A stretch of DNA of 29,020 nucleotides from Candidatus Micrarchaeota archaeon (GTDB lineage Archaea > Micrarchaeota > Micrarchaeia > Norongarragalinales > Norongarragalinaceae): contig JACQQD010000010.1 of the NCBI GenBank assembly GCA_016207165.1, positions 1 to 29,020 on the forward strand. The letters are read 5' to 3'. The position numbers and the translations under genes are program-made. The first letter of the stretch is position 1. The number at the start of each line of letters is the position of its first letter. The notes below the pieces were generated by a model that was not told the origin of the DNA, searched no databases, and worked only from the letters and a program-made list of their open reading frames with translations. This document shows, piece after piece, positions 16,082-25,605 of the stretch.

Positions 16082-18463
16082 CTAGGTTCGGCGGGTAAAC
16101 CAGTACGCCACGCCGCCCACCAGCAAAACCAGGATGGCCAAAGCCGGAAGAGTAAAGTCAAATCCGCCGGAAACCACGTCCGGCGTGGCCGTGGGAATCT
16201 CTTCCTGGGAAGGCGCGGAATCCACGGCGGAGGCCTGGATGCTTTTGGCCAAAATCGCCGGCGGGGAAACAGACTGGATTTCCTCGGGTTCAAGCGTTCG
16301 ATCCAGGGTCACCGACACGTCAGCGGATTGACCGGGTTTTACTTCGTCAAACAACCACACCACGACCGCGCTACCCAACTCCATGCGCTCCGGGACCGGG
16401 TCAAACACCAGTTCAGGGTACAGCGCCGGGTCGGAACCCCGGTACGTCACGGAATCCGGTAATTTGTACTTCAGCGTCAAATCCTTGAAGGATACGGCTT
16501 CGCGGTTCTCCAGCTGGATGACGACCTGCGAACGCGTCACACCGTCAAGAATCACCGGTTCAACGGCTTGCCGGACGAAAAGCTCGAAATCCGCCGGCTG
16601 GCCTTCTTGGCTTTCCAGGGGTTCTTCCACAACCACCGGCACGGGTGCCTGGAAAACCGGTTGGGCGGTTGGAACTGGAGGAATCGGTGGAGGCACTGGA
16701 GACACCGCAACCGTCGGTGTCGCGCCGGCGGAAGCCGGAGGTGAAAAAGGAGTCGGCGTGGGCGTTGCCGTGGACCCACTTCCCTGATACAGGGAAGGCG
16801 TGTCAAAGGTCTGGTCCGCCGACGCGTTGCAGGCATTAAGCGACGTACAACTGACCGCCGAATAATGGTACGTCGTGCCCGGAGACAGCGAGGAAAGCGA
16901 AAGGGAGTGGACGGTGGCAAACGCCGTCTGCACCGCGGACAACCCGTACGCGTTGGACACGCCGTAGTTCAGGGTGGCGTTGGTTAACTCGCCGGAAGAC
17001 CACGAAACCGTGGCGGCCATGGAAGAGATTCCGCTGGCGCCCACCGCCAAAGTCCCTGGAAAAAGGATGTTGACTTGACGGGTTTGGGAAAAATTCCAAG
17101 ACGCACGGTACGTGCTGAGGCCATTGGGGGAAACCACGTGCACCGTATACGGATTGTAGTTGGATTCGTTGACGCCAAAACTTTGAGAACCGTTCTGGAA
17201 GTACTCCGTCACGTTCTGCACCGTAAACCCGGTGGCGTTCGTCGTCACGCTGTGGTTCGCGGTGGCGGAGCCCGCGGAAGAAAGGTTGGCGGTAAAGCCC
17301 AAAAGCGCGCCGGCGGCGTTGGTGGCGTTGACGTACACCGTCCAATTCACCGTGAGGTTGCTGTTGCCGTTGTCAAAGTCTAGGCTTGACTTGTTGAACG
17401 CCACCTGATGCAAGGTCACCGCGGATCGTTCCTGCAAGCTGAAGTCCCGGTACGCCGACGCGTAGTTGCCGGACACCGTGGCGTTGGAAACCAGAATCGA
17501 CTGGTTGGCGCCTCGAAAAAGGAAACCGAATTGCGTGTTGTTGAACACGGACCCGAAATGCACGCGGTCGCTCGTGGAGTTGGCGATGGTCACGCCGTTG
17601 GAGTTGTTGTAAATCGAGTTCGACGTGACGATGGACGCGTTGGAAAATCCAAGCTGGATGCCTGAAAAATCGGCGTTGGACAAGCCATTGTGATGGATCA
17701 CGTTGTCGTGAATCTGCAGGCCATTGGAACTGGTGGACTCGACTCCACTGCGGGAATGGTAGGACACGTTAGAGTACGAGAGATTCGTGTTGCTGGCGTT
17801 CTCCACCAAAACGCCGTTGACCTGGTTGTACACCGTAACGAAGTACAGCACCACGTTGAGGCTTGACTGGGGCCCGATGCCGGAATCCGTGTTGTTGAAG
17901 GACCGCACATTGGAAACCCGCGCGTCAATGACTCCGCCGTCAAAGTCGATGCCGTCATCCCCCGAAAAAGAGACGTTGGAATCCGTTACGTTCACACGCC
18001 GCGAATTGGAGTAAGACAGCCCGTCTTGAACGGAGTACGACAAATTGGAGTACGAGACGTTCGTGTCGTTGGACCACTGGCTCAAAATGGCGTTGGTGTT
18101 GTTGAAATACGTCACGTTGAACGCCGTCGCATTGGACACGCCGTTGAAAAACGTGCCGGCGTCGAAATCCCGAATCGACCCGTTCATGACCGTGACGTTG
18201 TTCGCGCTGGTGCTCATCAGCACGCCGGAGGTCTGCAACGTCCGGTTGCCGCTCAATTGGAATCCCTGCAAGTCCAACGCGATGTTGCTGGCGCTAATGA
18301 CCATGCACGTGGACCCATTGAAGTTCAGGTTCTGCGTCAAGCGGTACACGTCCGCGGCAGCCAGGTTCTGGCAAGCGGCAATGTTCGTGACGGCCCACGG
18401 CATTCCGGAGAAAAGCAAAACAAGTAAAAGGGCTGTTAAGTGACGGGGAAAACGGGCGGACAT
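16082..18463 (-). CDS. Surface protein: parallel beta-helix, FnIII, P/T linker, shared C-terminal Ig-like domain and TM
   Basis: Signal peptide; N-rich repeats with GI/NN motifs; LSPGTTYHY FnIII motif; many NxS/T sequons; TM ending YWFTRRT. Confidence 0.88.
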   Translation of the reverse strand: MSARFPRHLTALLLVLLFSGMPWAVTNIAACQNLAAADVYRLTQNLNFNGSTCMVISASNIALDLQGFQLSGNRTLQTSGVLMSTSANNVTVMNGSIRDFDAGTFFNGVSNATAFNVTYFNNTNAILSQWSNDTNVSYSNLSYSVQDGLSYSNSRRVNVTDSNVSFSGDDGIDFDGGVIDARVSNVRSFNNTDSGIGPQSSLNVVLYFVTVYNQVNGVLVENASNTNLSYSNVSYHSRSGVESTSSNGLQIHDNVIHHNGLSNADFSGIQLGFSNASIVTSNSIYNNSNGVTIANSTSDRVHFGSVFNNTQFGFLFRGANQSILVSNATVSGNYASAYRDFSLQERSAVTLHQVAFNKSSLDFDNGNSNLTVNWTVYVNATNAAGALLGFTANLSSAGSATANHSVTTNATGFTVQNVTEYFQNGSQSFGVNESNYNPYTVHVVSPNGLSTYRASWNFSQTRQVNILFPGTLAVGASGISSMAATVSWSSGELTNATLNYGVSNAYGLSAVQTAFATVHSLSLSSLSPGTTYHYSAVSCTSLNACNASADQTFDTPSLYQGSGSTATPTPTPFSPPASAGATPTVAVSPVPPPIPPVPTAQPVFQAPVPVVVEEPLESQEGQPADFELFVRQAVEPVILDGVTRSQVVIQLENREAVSFKDLTLKYKLPDSVTYRGSDPALYPELVFDPVPERMELGSAVVVWLFDEVKPGQSADVSVTLDRTLEPEEIQSVSPPAILAKSIQASAVDSAPSQEEIPTATPDVVSGGFDFTLPALAILVLLVGGVAYWFTRRT

Positions 18464-18502
18464 GAAAAAACCATGCCCTCAAAACTTTTATACCTACCAG
18501 GG

Positions 18503-19147
18503 TCAAAGCCCGCCGGACGATTGCCGCGTGAACCAGTACACGCCCCCGCCGATCAACAGCAACAAAACGCCTAGAATCGGGAGGGTCAAATCGGAGCCTG
18601 AATCCGCTGGAGTGGGTCCGGAAGCCGACCCGGAACCCGGCGCCCCGGCGGCTTTGGAAAGCACTTTCGGCGGCTCGTAGTCGTTGAGCACTTGCTCGTC
18701 AAGCTTCTTCTCCACCGTGTAACTGACTTGTTTTTCCTCACCGGCCTGGACCTCGTCAAACAGCCACGTCACCACCACGCTGCCCTTCTCAAAGGAAGTG
18801 GGCGGAATGTTGAAGTTGAACAAGTCTTCGGGGCGCTGGGCCACGGAATCCGGCACGCGCTCCTTGACCAAAACATCTTTGAGGTCCACGTTGCCGGTGT
18901 TCTTGACGTGCAACGTGATGGTCGAGTAATGCTTGACGGTTTTCACGCCAGCCACGATTTCCTCGACTTCGTACACGTTCAGCTCGCGGGTGATGTCGAT
19001 GGAGTCCTTTCCGGCTTCGCACACCAAAGGTTGCAAGGTTTTTGTGAACACTTCCCTCTCCGAAGACACCAAAGTCTCGGAGGCCGAAGCCGTAGCTACG
19101 AAAAACGCCGCCACCACCAAAAACGCGAAGACCCCGGAATGCCTCAT
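18503..19147 (-). CDS. Small membrane-anchored protein consisting of the shared C-terminal Ig-like (DUF11-like) domain
   Basis: Start moved to MRHSGVFAFLVVAAFF (ATGA overlap with upstream gene); KNTGN..L..V..KERVP motif; TM ending YWFTRQS. Confidence 0.85.
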   Translation of the reverse strand: MRHSGVFAFLVVAAFFVATASASETLVSSEREVFTKTLQPLVCEAGKDSIDITRELNVYEVEEIVAGVKTVKHYSTITLHVKNTGNVDLKDVLVKERVPDSVAQRPEDLFNFNIPPTSFEKGSVVVTWLFDEVQAGEEKQVSYTVEKKLDEQVLNDYEPPKVLSKAAGAPGSGSASGPTPADSGSDLTLPILGVLLLLIGGGVYWFTRQSSGGL

Positions 19148-22100
19148 TTCATTTTCCTCCGAAGCCATCCCTTCCAGTACGCCACCGCCAACCCCATCCA
19201 CACCGCCGCCAAGACCACGGCAATCAGCACGAAGTCCACGCGGGCCCCCTTGACTTGCACGGGTTGGTTGGCTTGCACGTAGGGCGCCGAAAAGTCAAAC
19301 ACCGTCACGGATTTCCCTTTCACCACGTACTGAACGCGCCTTTCTTCCTGGGGCAGAAGCGTGCCCAACAACCACACGGCCTCGGATTGCAGTTGATAGG
19401 AAGGCGGCGTGTCAAACTGGATGCGGGCGCCATCGCTGCGAACCACTTCCGGAAACACTTCACGCAATTCCACGGCGTCCACGGCATTCTTGCCGGTGTT
19501 GACCATGGAAAGAATGACCCGCGTCTCATCCCTCAAAACGCCGTCCTCTTCGATTTGGTAGACTTCCACTTCACGCGTGGTGACCAAGACCACGTCTTCC
19601 TCGCGGTCGCACACCAAAACGGGTTGCGGCGGTGCCTCTTCTACGCGCGAGGTCACGGCGGAACCAAACGGCACCGACACCGTCCGGCCGATTTGAGCTT
19701 CCAAGCTCTCCGGAACGCTGGGGGGAGCCACCGTGGGTTCAACAAAAGGCGTGGGAACGGGTTCGGGAGCCACCGTGGGCGAGGGCTCAGGCGTCGGACT
19801 GGGTGCGGCGGGTTGCGGAGTGGGTGACGGTGAGGGTTCCGGTGTTGGCGCGGGGGTAGGCGTCGGGCTTGCGCCGCCACCACCACCGGTACTCTGCGAC
19901 TGCAACTGGAAAGACGCCGCCGTCGAATTGCCTGCATTGCCGTTGACGTCCGTGCAACGGGTAAACCAAGTATGCGTGCCCACGGCAACCGATACGTTGC
20001 TGGCTATGCTTGTAGCCGTGGCGTTTCTAACGGTAGTATTCACACCCACGTTCACGCTATCCAGGAACAGCTGACAGGAATACGTGTCGCCCACCACGTC
20101 GGTGGCGTTGAAGGTAAACCCGGAGACGGAAGTAACGGAACCCAACGGCGAAATCAACGTCATGGCCGGCGACGCGTTGTCAATGGAAACCGTGCGATTT
20201 GCCCCCGCGAAACCGGCTGAGCCAGCCCGGTCCACGCACTGCACGTTCCAAGCGAACACCCCGTCCACCGGAAACGTGTAATTAATCGTATTGTTCGTGG
20301 CGTTCACCATGGTCGTCGTATTCAACTGCCTGGCCGCAAAACCCGACTCATTCGTCCACAAACTGCAGTTCGTGTACGTCGCGTTCTCCAAGTCCGATGG
20401 CACGAACTGGAACGACATGTTCCGCGACGTGTTCACGTGCGAGTCCGGCGGAAACGTCAACGACACCGCCGGAGGGCCGTTCAACACGAAAAGAAGCGTG
20501 AAGGACTGCGTGACGTTGGCCACCGAGGAACCCCACGCGTTGGCGTTCAGGTTCGTCTTGTTCACGGTGAAGTTGTACGCGGACACGTTGTTCAAAAACG
20601 CCTGGGTCTGGAAGTACTCGGTGAGCGTCTGGGGACCGATGCGGCCGTTTCCGGCCGTCAACTGCAAAAGGTTGGTTGGACTGGTGGTATTGAGGTTCGT
20701 GGTGTTGCTGATGTTCACGTTGACGTTGGCATACGGGTCCAAGTCCGAATCATTGACCTGCACGTCCACGTACCACCGGACCGTCAAGTTGCTTTGCGCG
20801 TCCTGGAAGGCCGTCAAGGACTTGTTGAACGACACGTTGAGCAGCGTCAACTGCGAGGACTGGTTCAGGCGCGTGTGGTTGTTGGCGGAGCCTACGATGG
20901 TGACGTTGGTGGCGTTGACGTTGAGCGAATTGTTCACCACCGAAATGGCGCCCAACACGCCAGGGTCGGTGCCCGTGTTGTTGATGACGCCGCCCACGAT
21001 GACGTTGTTCGAAGCGTTGTTGAAATTGTAGCCGTCGCCGGAAAAATCCTGGACCGTGTTGTTGATGAAATAATTATCGCGGGCATTCGTCGTCGCGGTG
21101 ACTCCGATGACCCCACCGCCGATGGCATAGGAAAAATTGTTGTTGGAGGCGGTGTTGTTGAAGGAATTCGTGTTGATGGACAGTCCGCCCAAGGAAACGC
21201 GGTACACCGTGTTGCCCTCCACGGTGTTGTTCGTCGCGTTGTTTCTCAACTCGATGCCTTGCTCAAAGCGCAGGGTGTTAATGCCTATCCACGTGAACGA
21301 GGAATTATCGACGCGCACGCCCCGCGTGCTGGCATTCTCGATGACGTTGTAGGAAACGTTGGCGTTTCGGGTCTGCCCGTCCAATAGCACCATGTGGCAG
21401 GCCGTGCAGTTGAAGAACCGGTTGTTGTAAATTGTGTCGTTCGTCGTGTTGGACAACCAGATGCCGGCCACGGCATACGTGAAAGACACGTTGTTCAATT
21501 CAATCCAATTGAATCCATTGGAGCCGGAAATGCGGATGCCGGAGCCGTTCGTCACGATGTTGTTTCGCACGTACGAGCGGCTGGACAAGTCAATGAGCTG
21601 GATGCTGGAACCGGTGTGGTTGAAAATCGTGTTGTTCTGGATGGTCGTGTTCTGGATGGGGCCTTGGATGTTGATGCTTTCAAAACTGGTAAATGAAATC
21701 GTGTTGTTCCGGATGGTGTTGTTGTGCCCGGTGTCATTGCTCCCGGAGCCGGTGTTTGAAATTCCCCGCGTTGCGTTGAAAATCGTGTTGGATTCCACGC
21801 GGGAAAAGTTCTCGTTGACGGCCAACGACACGCCGCCGTCGTTGGTGATGTTCTGGATGGAGTTGTTGGACGCGTTGTTGTAGAGCCCGCTGCCAAAGGT
21901 GATGGCCCACGTGGACAAGTTGTAAATCGTGTTGTTCTGTACGAAACCCAAAAAGGAGCCGGTCAGACGAATTCCGGTGCTTGAAAAGTTATACAGGGTG
22001 TTGTTGAACACGTACGTCCGATTCAAGTTGACGCCGGCGGCGTCACCCACGATGCCTGAGTTTGATGTGTTCAAGACGGTGTTGTTCGTGACGTTGATGT

Positions 22101-22650
22101 CTTGGCTGTCTTGAACGTAGATGGCGATGTCCGTCATGTTGTACAACAAGTTGCTGTAAATCTGGCTGGAGTCCACGTTGGAGAAGTGGATGCCGGTGTT
22201 GTTGTTGGCGAAAATCGTGTTGTTCAACACGTTGCTGGAATTGGAGTTGGGGTCGGCTTGGAAGGAAAAATCGATGCCGTGCTGGGTGTTGTTGTGGATG
22301 GTGTTGTTGCGGATGGTCACGTTGCTGACCGTCTGGGTCTGAATACCGGTGGAAAAGTTCTGGATGCGGCAGTCCCGGATGGTCACGTTGTTGCGGCCGA
22401 ACAGGATAATGCCGTTGTTGCCAGCCGAGCGGTCACCGCTGATGGTCGTTCCATAGCAGAAGAGTTCCACGTTCGAGCCGGTGACATTCAGGCAGTCGTT
22501 CCCGGCGACGAAGAGGTTGGCCGTGACGTTGTACACGTCGTTTCCGGCCAAATCGCCGCACGCCGCCACGTTGGTCAACGCATGCGTTCCGGGGAACCAC
22601 AGGATCGCCAAAAGCAAAGCTGAAAGCATCCCTCGTGCGACGTAATCCAT
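19144..22650 (-). CDS. Large surface protein: long parallel beta-helix, Ig-like domains, P/T linker, shared C-terminal domain and TM
   Basis: Many NNTI.N...GI repeats, dense NxS/T sequons, signal peptide, TM ending YWKGWLRRKMK. Confidence 0.9.
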   Translation of the reverse strand: MDYVARGMLSALLLAILWFPGTHALTNVAACGDLAGNDVYNVTANLFVAGNDCLNVTGSNVELFCYGTTISGDRSAGNNGIILFGRNNVTIRDCRIQNFSTGIQTQTVSNVTIRNNTIHNNTQHGIDFSFQADPNSNSSNVLNNTIFANNNTGIHFSNVDSSQIYSNLLYNMTDIAIYVQDSQDINVTNNTVLNTSNSGIVGDAAGVNLNRTYVFNNTLYNFSSTGIRLTGSFLGFVQNNTIYNLSTWAITFGSGLYNNASNNSIQNITNDGGVSLAVNENFSRVESNTIFNATRGISNTGSGSNDTGHNNTIRNNTISFTSFESINIQGPIQNTTIQNNTIFNHTGSSIQLIDLSSRSYVRNNIVTNGSGIRISGSNGFNWIELNNVSFTYAVAGIWLSNTTNDTIYNNRFFNCTACHMVLLDGQTRNANVSYNVIENASTRGVRVDNSSFTWIGINTLRFEQGIELRNNATNNTVEGNTVYRVSLGGLSINTNSFNNTASNNNFSYAIGGGVIGVTATTNARDNYFINNTVQDFSGDGYNFNNASNNVIVGGVINNTGTDPGVLGAISVVNNSLNVNATNVTIVGSANNHTRLNQSSQLTLLNVSFNKSLTAFQDAQSNLTVRWYVDVQVNDSDLDPYANVNVNISNTTNLNTTSPTNLLQLTAGNGRIGPQTLTEYFQTQAFLNNVSAYNFTVNKTNLNANAWGSSVANVTQSFTLLFVLNGPPAVSLTFPPDSHVNTSRNMSFQFVPSDLENATYTNCSLWTNESGFAARQLNTTTMVNATNNTINYTFPVDGVFAWNVQCVDRAGSAGFAGANRTVSIDNASPAMTLISPLGSVTSVSGFTFNATDVVGDTYSCQLFLDSVNVGVNTTVRNATATSIASNVSVAVGTHTWFTRCTDVNGNAGNSTAASFQLQSQSTGGGGGASPTPTPAPTPEPSPSPTPQPAAPSPTPEPSPTVAPEPVPTPFVEPTVAPPSVPESLEAQIGRTVSVPFGSAVTSRVEEAPPQPVLVCDREEDVVLVTTREVEVYQIEEDGVLRDETRVILSMVNTGKNAVDAVELREVFPEVVRSDGARIQFDTPPSYQLQSEAVWLLGTLLPQEERRVQYVVKGKSVTVFDFSAPYVQANQPVQVKGARVDFVLIAVVLAAVWMGLAVAYWKGWLRRKMK

Positions 22651-22715
22651 GGGTGTCCCAAAAACAACGGTTCAAACGTATTTAAACCGCGTGCACGGGC
22701 ACACGGATGGTTGGC

Positions 22716-23405
22716 TTACGCCGAGGCTTCCAGCTTCTTTTTGACTTCGTTTAACGACAAGGGCGTAACGACCAGGGGGATGCCCTCGCTTTCCGCGATC
22801 TTGACCGCCAATTTGTCCACCTTTTCCGGCTCGATTTGATGCAGAATCACCATGGCCGGCTTGATGGGCGCCAACCGCACGGCCACCATGGGGCTTCGGC
22901 CCGTAGACGTGCCGGTAAACAACAAGGCGCGCTGGCTGGTGGTGCTGTAAATCCGCACAAAAGACTCGTACGGCAGCTCCAGGATGATTTTAATGGAGTC
23001 CAAGATGGTGCATCCATACAACGCCATGTCCTCGACTTTCCGGGGACACGCCACGCACAAACCCTTGATGGAGTCAATGAGTTCCTTGGCTTGAACGGCC
23101 TTGGTAAAGTCAATGGGTTCGAAGAACTTCTGTTCCGGCTCGGCCTCCTTGAACCGCTTGATGAGCTCGCCACCGGCTTTCAAGTCAATCTGGAACAATG
23201 CGTCCACAAAACGTTTGATCACGCCAATGCCCGGGCTTTTGCGGCGGTTGGACTCGTAATCGCTGATGGTGGACGGCGAAATACCCAAGTATTGACTTAG
23301 ATCGCTTTGAGACACCCCGAAGACTTCCCGCCACTTCTTCATGGCGTTTCCGGGATCCGAGGAAAGCGCGATTTCACCAGCGATTTTGACTTTCAGTTGC
23401 TCCAT
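22716..23405 (-). CDS. Conserved archaeal XRE-HTH transcriptional regulator (COG1709-like)
   Basis: KIAGEI..S..PG..MKKWRE.F..SQ..L...LGISPSTISDYE.NRRKSPG; GTSTGRSPMVA; LAVKIAE.EGIPL. Confidence 0.88.
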   Translation of the reverse strand: MEQLKVKIAGEIALSSDPGNAMKKWREVFGVSQSDLSQYLGISPSTISDYESNRRKSPGIGVIKRFVDALFQIDLKAGGELIKRFKEAEPEQKFFEPIDFTKAVQAKELIDSIKGLCVACPRKVEDMALYGCTILDSIKIILELPYESFVRIYSTTSQRALLFTGTSTGRSPMVAVRLAPIKPAMVILHQIEPEKVDKLAVKIAESEGIPLVVTPLSLNEVKKKLEASA

Positions 23406-23484
23406 GTTTTCCCACCTGTCCTCGGTCTAAAGGCCCCGCTCCAAATAAAAACATTTCGAAGTGACGAAGAGGTCATCGGCAAAT

Positions 23485-23536
23485 GTCTAGCTTTAGATAG
23501 TTTTATATATAGCTAGTTTTAAAGAAACCTAGATAA
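23485..23536 (+). promoter_or_regulatory. AT-rich promoter with TATA box and repeated CTAG/TAGATA operator-like boxes
   Basis: gtctagctttagatagttttatatatagctagttttaaagaaacctagataag; TTTATATA about 30 nt before ATG 23540. Confidence 0.55.
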
Positions 23537-23539
23537 GAA

Positions 23540-23698
23540 ATGGTGTTGTTCTTCCACCTGCCAGCCAGCATCGAGCGCAAATTCCGCGAAAAAGCCATGC
23601 AAAAATACGGCTACAGCAAAGGCGCGCTCAAGAAAGCCATGGAAGACGCGATTGAAGACTGGCTCGCCAAAAACACGGAAGCAACACCCCCAGAATAG
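23540..23698 (+). CDS. Ribbon-helix-helix protein, 52 aa (below ORF-track cutoff)
   Basis: MVLFFHLPASIERKFREKAMQKYGYSKGALKKAMEDAIEDWLAKNTEATPPE; typical archaeal RHH pattern (E..FR....K.G..KGAL..A.E.AI..W). Confidence 0.8.
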   Translation: MVLFFHLPASIERKFREKAMQKYGYSKGALKKAMEDAIEDWLAKNTEATPPE

Positions 23699-23712
23699 GT
23701 GAAAAAAAGAAA

Positions 23713-25263
23713 ATGAAAACCATCGTACCCGATACCGGCGTCCTGATTGACGGCCGCATCAGCCAACTCCTGGAAAAGGAGAAAAACCTCAAGCTCATCG
23801 TACCCGAAGCGGTAGTCGCGGAACTGGAGTTCCAGGCCAACGCTGGCCGCGAAATCGGCTTCGCCGGACTCTCGGAACTCAAGAAACTCTCGCAACTAGC
23901 CAAAGAAAAGCAAATCGACATCGAGTTCCTCGGCGAGCGGCCCACCGCCTTCCAGATTGAACGCGCACGTTTCGGCGAAATTGACGCGAACATCCGGAAA
24001 TTGGCTCGCGAACACAACGCCACGCTCATGACCACCGACAAGGTGCAGACCCGCGTGGCGGAAGCCGAAGGCATTTCCGTACAATACCTACAACCCGTGC
24101 ACACCCAAGCCAAACTCCCTCTGGAAACGTTTTTCACCAAGGACACCCTGTCGGTGCACCTCAAGGAAAACGCGTTGCCGAAAGCCAAGCGCGGCAAACC
24201 CGGCGACTTCCAACTCGTCCAAATCCAGGACCAGCCCATCACCCGAAAAGACATCGAGGGGCTGATGAAGGAATCCGTGGAATTCTGCAAGCAACACGAA
24301 CGCAGCTTCATCGAAATCGACAAGAAAGGCGCCACCGTCATGCAAGTCAAAGACTTCCGCGTTACCTACACCCGCCCACCGGTATCCGAAGCCTTTGAAG
24401 TCACCATCGTGCGGCCCATCACCAAACTCTTCTTGGACGACTACACACTCTCGGAAACACTCCGCGAACGCCTGGACGGCAAAGCCGAAGGCGTCCTCAT
24501 TGCAGGTCCCCCGGGCTCCGGCAAGTCCACGTTTGCCACCGCCCTGGCAGAACACTACAACTCCCAAAAAAAAATCGTCAAGACCATGGAGTCCCCCCGC
24601 GACCTGCAAGTCAGCCAAGACATCACCCAATACGCGCCAGTTGAAGGCAAATTCGAGGACACCGCCGACATCCTGCTCTTGGTCCGGCCGGACTACACCA
24701 TTTACGACGAAGTCCGCAAACCCGACGACTTCCGCGTCTTTGCCGACTTGCGATTGTCCGGCATCGGCATGGTCGGCGTCGTCCACGCCGCCCAACCCAT
24801 CGACGCCATCCAGCGCTTCATCGGCAAAATCGAGCTCGGCATGATCCCCCAAGTCATCGACACCATCTGCTTCATCGAAAAAGGCATCGTCGCCAAAACG
24901 TATTCGCTTCGCTTCGTCGTGCGCCCCCCGCACGGCATGGGCGACCCCGACTTGGCGCGGCCCGTCATTGAAGTCTCCGACCTGGAAACCAAATCATTGG
25001 AGTACGAAATCTACAAGTTCGGCGACGAAGTCGTCGTGTTTCCAGTCAAAAACGCCAAGCCGCTTCCCAAAGTCGACGAAGGAAAAGTCGCCAAAACCCT
25101 GCAACGCGTCATCAAAGGGCCGTTTGAGTTTGAAGTCGCCGGCTCCAAGATTTTGTTGTTCGTTCCCGAGCGGGGCATGAGCGCCATCATCGGCAAAAAA
25201 GGCAAAAACATCTTACAACTGGAACGCCAACTCGGACTGAAAGTCGACGTGAGAGCCAAATAG
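23713..25263 (+). CDS. PINA-type ATPase (PIN domain, VirB11/PilT-like ATPase, KH domain)
   Basis: VPDTGVLIDG, ELEFQAN.GRE.G, GPPGSGKST, TMESPRDL, YDEVR, GVVHA and IIGKKG KH motif; SD AGGTGA. Confidence 0.95.
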   Translation: MKTIVPDTGVLIDGRISQLLEKEKNLKLIVPEAVVAELEFQANAGREIGFAGLSELKKLSQLAKEKQIDIEFLGERPTAFQIERARFGEIDANIRKLAREHNATLMTTDKVQTRVAEAEGISVQYLQPVHTQAKLPLETFFTKDTLSVHLKENALPKAKRGKPGDFQLVQIQDQPITRKDIEGLMKESVEFCKQHERSFIEIDKKGATVMQVKDFRVTYTRPPVSEAFEVTIVRPITKLFLDDYTLSETLRERLDGKAEGVLIAGPPGSGKSTFATALAEHYNSQKKIVKTMESPRDLQVSQDITQYAPVEGKFEDTADILLLVRPDYTIYDEVRKPDDFRVFADLRLSGIGMVGVVHAAQPIDAIQRFIGKIELGMIPQVIDTICFIEKGIVAKTYSLRFVVRPPHGMGDPDLARPVIEVSDLETKSLEYEIYKFGDEVVVFPVKNAKPLPKVDEGKVAKTLQRVIKGPFEFEVAGSKILLFVPERGMSAIIGKKGKNILQLERQLGLKVDVRAK

Positions 25264-25272
25264 GTGATTCGC

Positions 25273-25383
25273 GTGAACTCCGATTTGAAGCGAAAGACAA
25301 AGAAATTCCTTGAAGAACTGGAACGCCGAAGCCGACGCGCCAAAGACCACCCGGAAAACATGATTGCACTTGACCAACTTTGA
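25273..25383 (+). CDS. Small basic hypothetical protein, 36 aa (antitoxin-like C-terminus)
   Basis: SD AGGTGA then GTG; MNSDLKRKTKKFLEELERRSRRAKDHPENMIALDQL; fills the gap between PINA and the next gene. Confidence 0.5.
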   Translation: MNSDLKRKTKKFLEELERRSRRAKDHPENMIALDQL

Positions 25384-25393
25384 CGGGTAAGCC

Positions 25394-25585
25394 ATGCCAA
25401 GAGAAGACTACCAAATATACATGGGCGAAAAAGAAGGCTGGAAACAAGTCGCCAGCGCATTAGGCATGACGGAAGACGAACTCTGGCTTGCGGTCCGAAC
25501 CAAGAAAATCAAGGCCGTCGAATCCCACGAACGCGTCTACATCATTCCGCCAGACGAAGAACTTCGGTTGACCGGAAGAATCTAG
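25394..25585 (+). CDS. Small HTH protein, excisionase/MerR-like
   Basis: VASALGMTEDELWLAVRTKKIKAV....VYII resembles the HTH_17/Xis pattern. Confidence 0.55.
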   Translation: MPREDYQIYMGEKEGWKQVASALGMTEDELWLAVRTKKIKAVESHERVYIIPPDEELRLTGRI

Positions 25586-25605
25586 CCAACAACCAAACGA
25601 CCACT

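Noticed and set aside
23451-23486. Hairpin ACATTT...GTGAC/GTCAT...AAATGT as a third sRNA
   Set aside because: No D box at a suitable spacing; at most a weak operator or leader palindrome.
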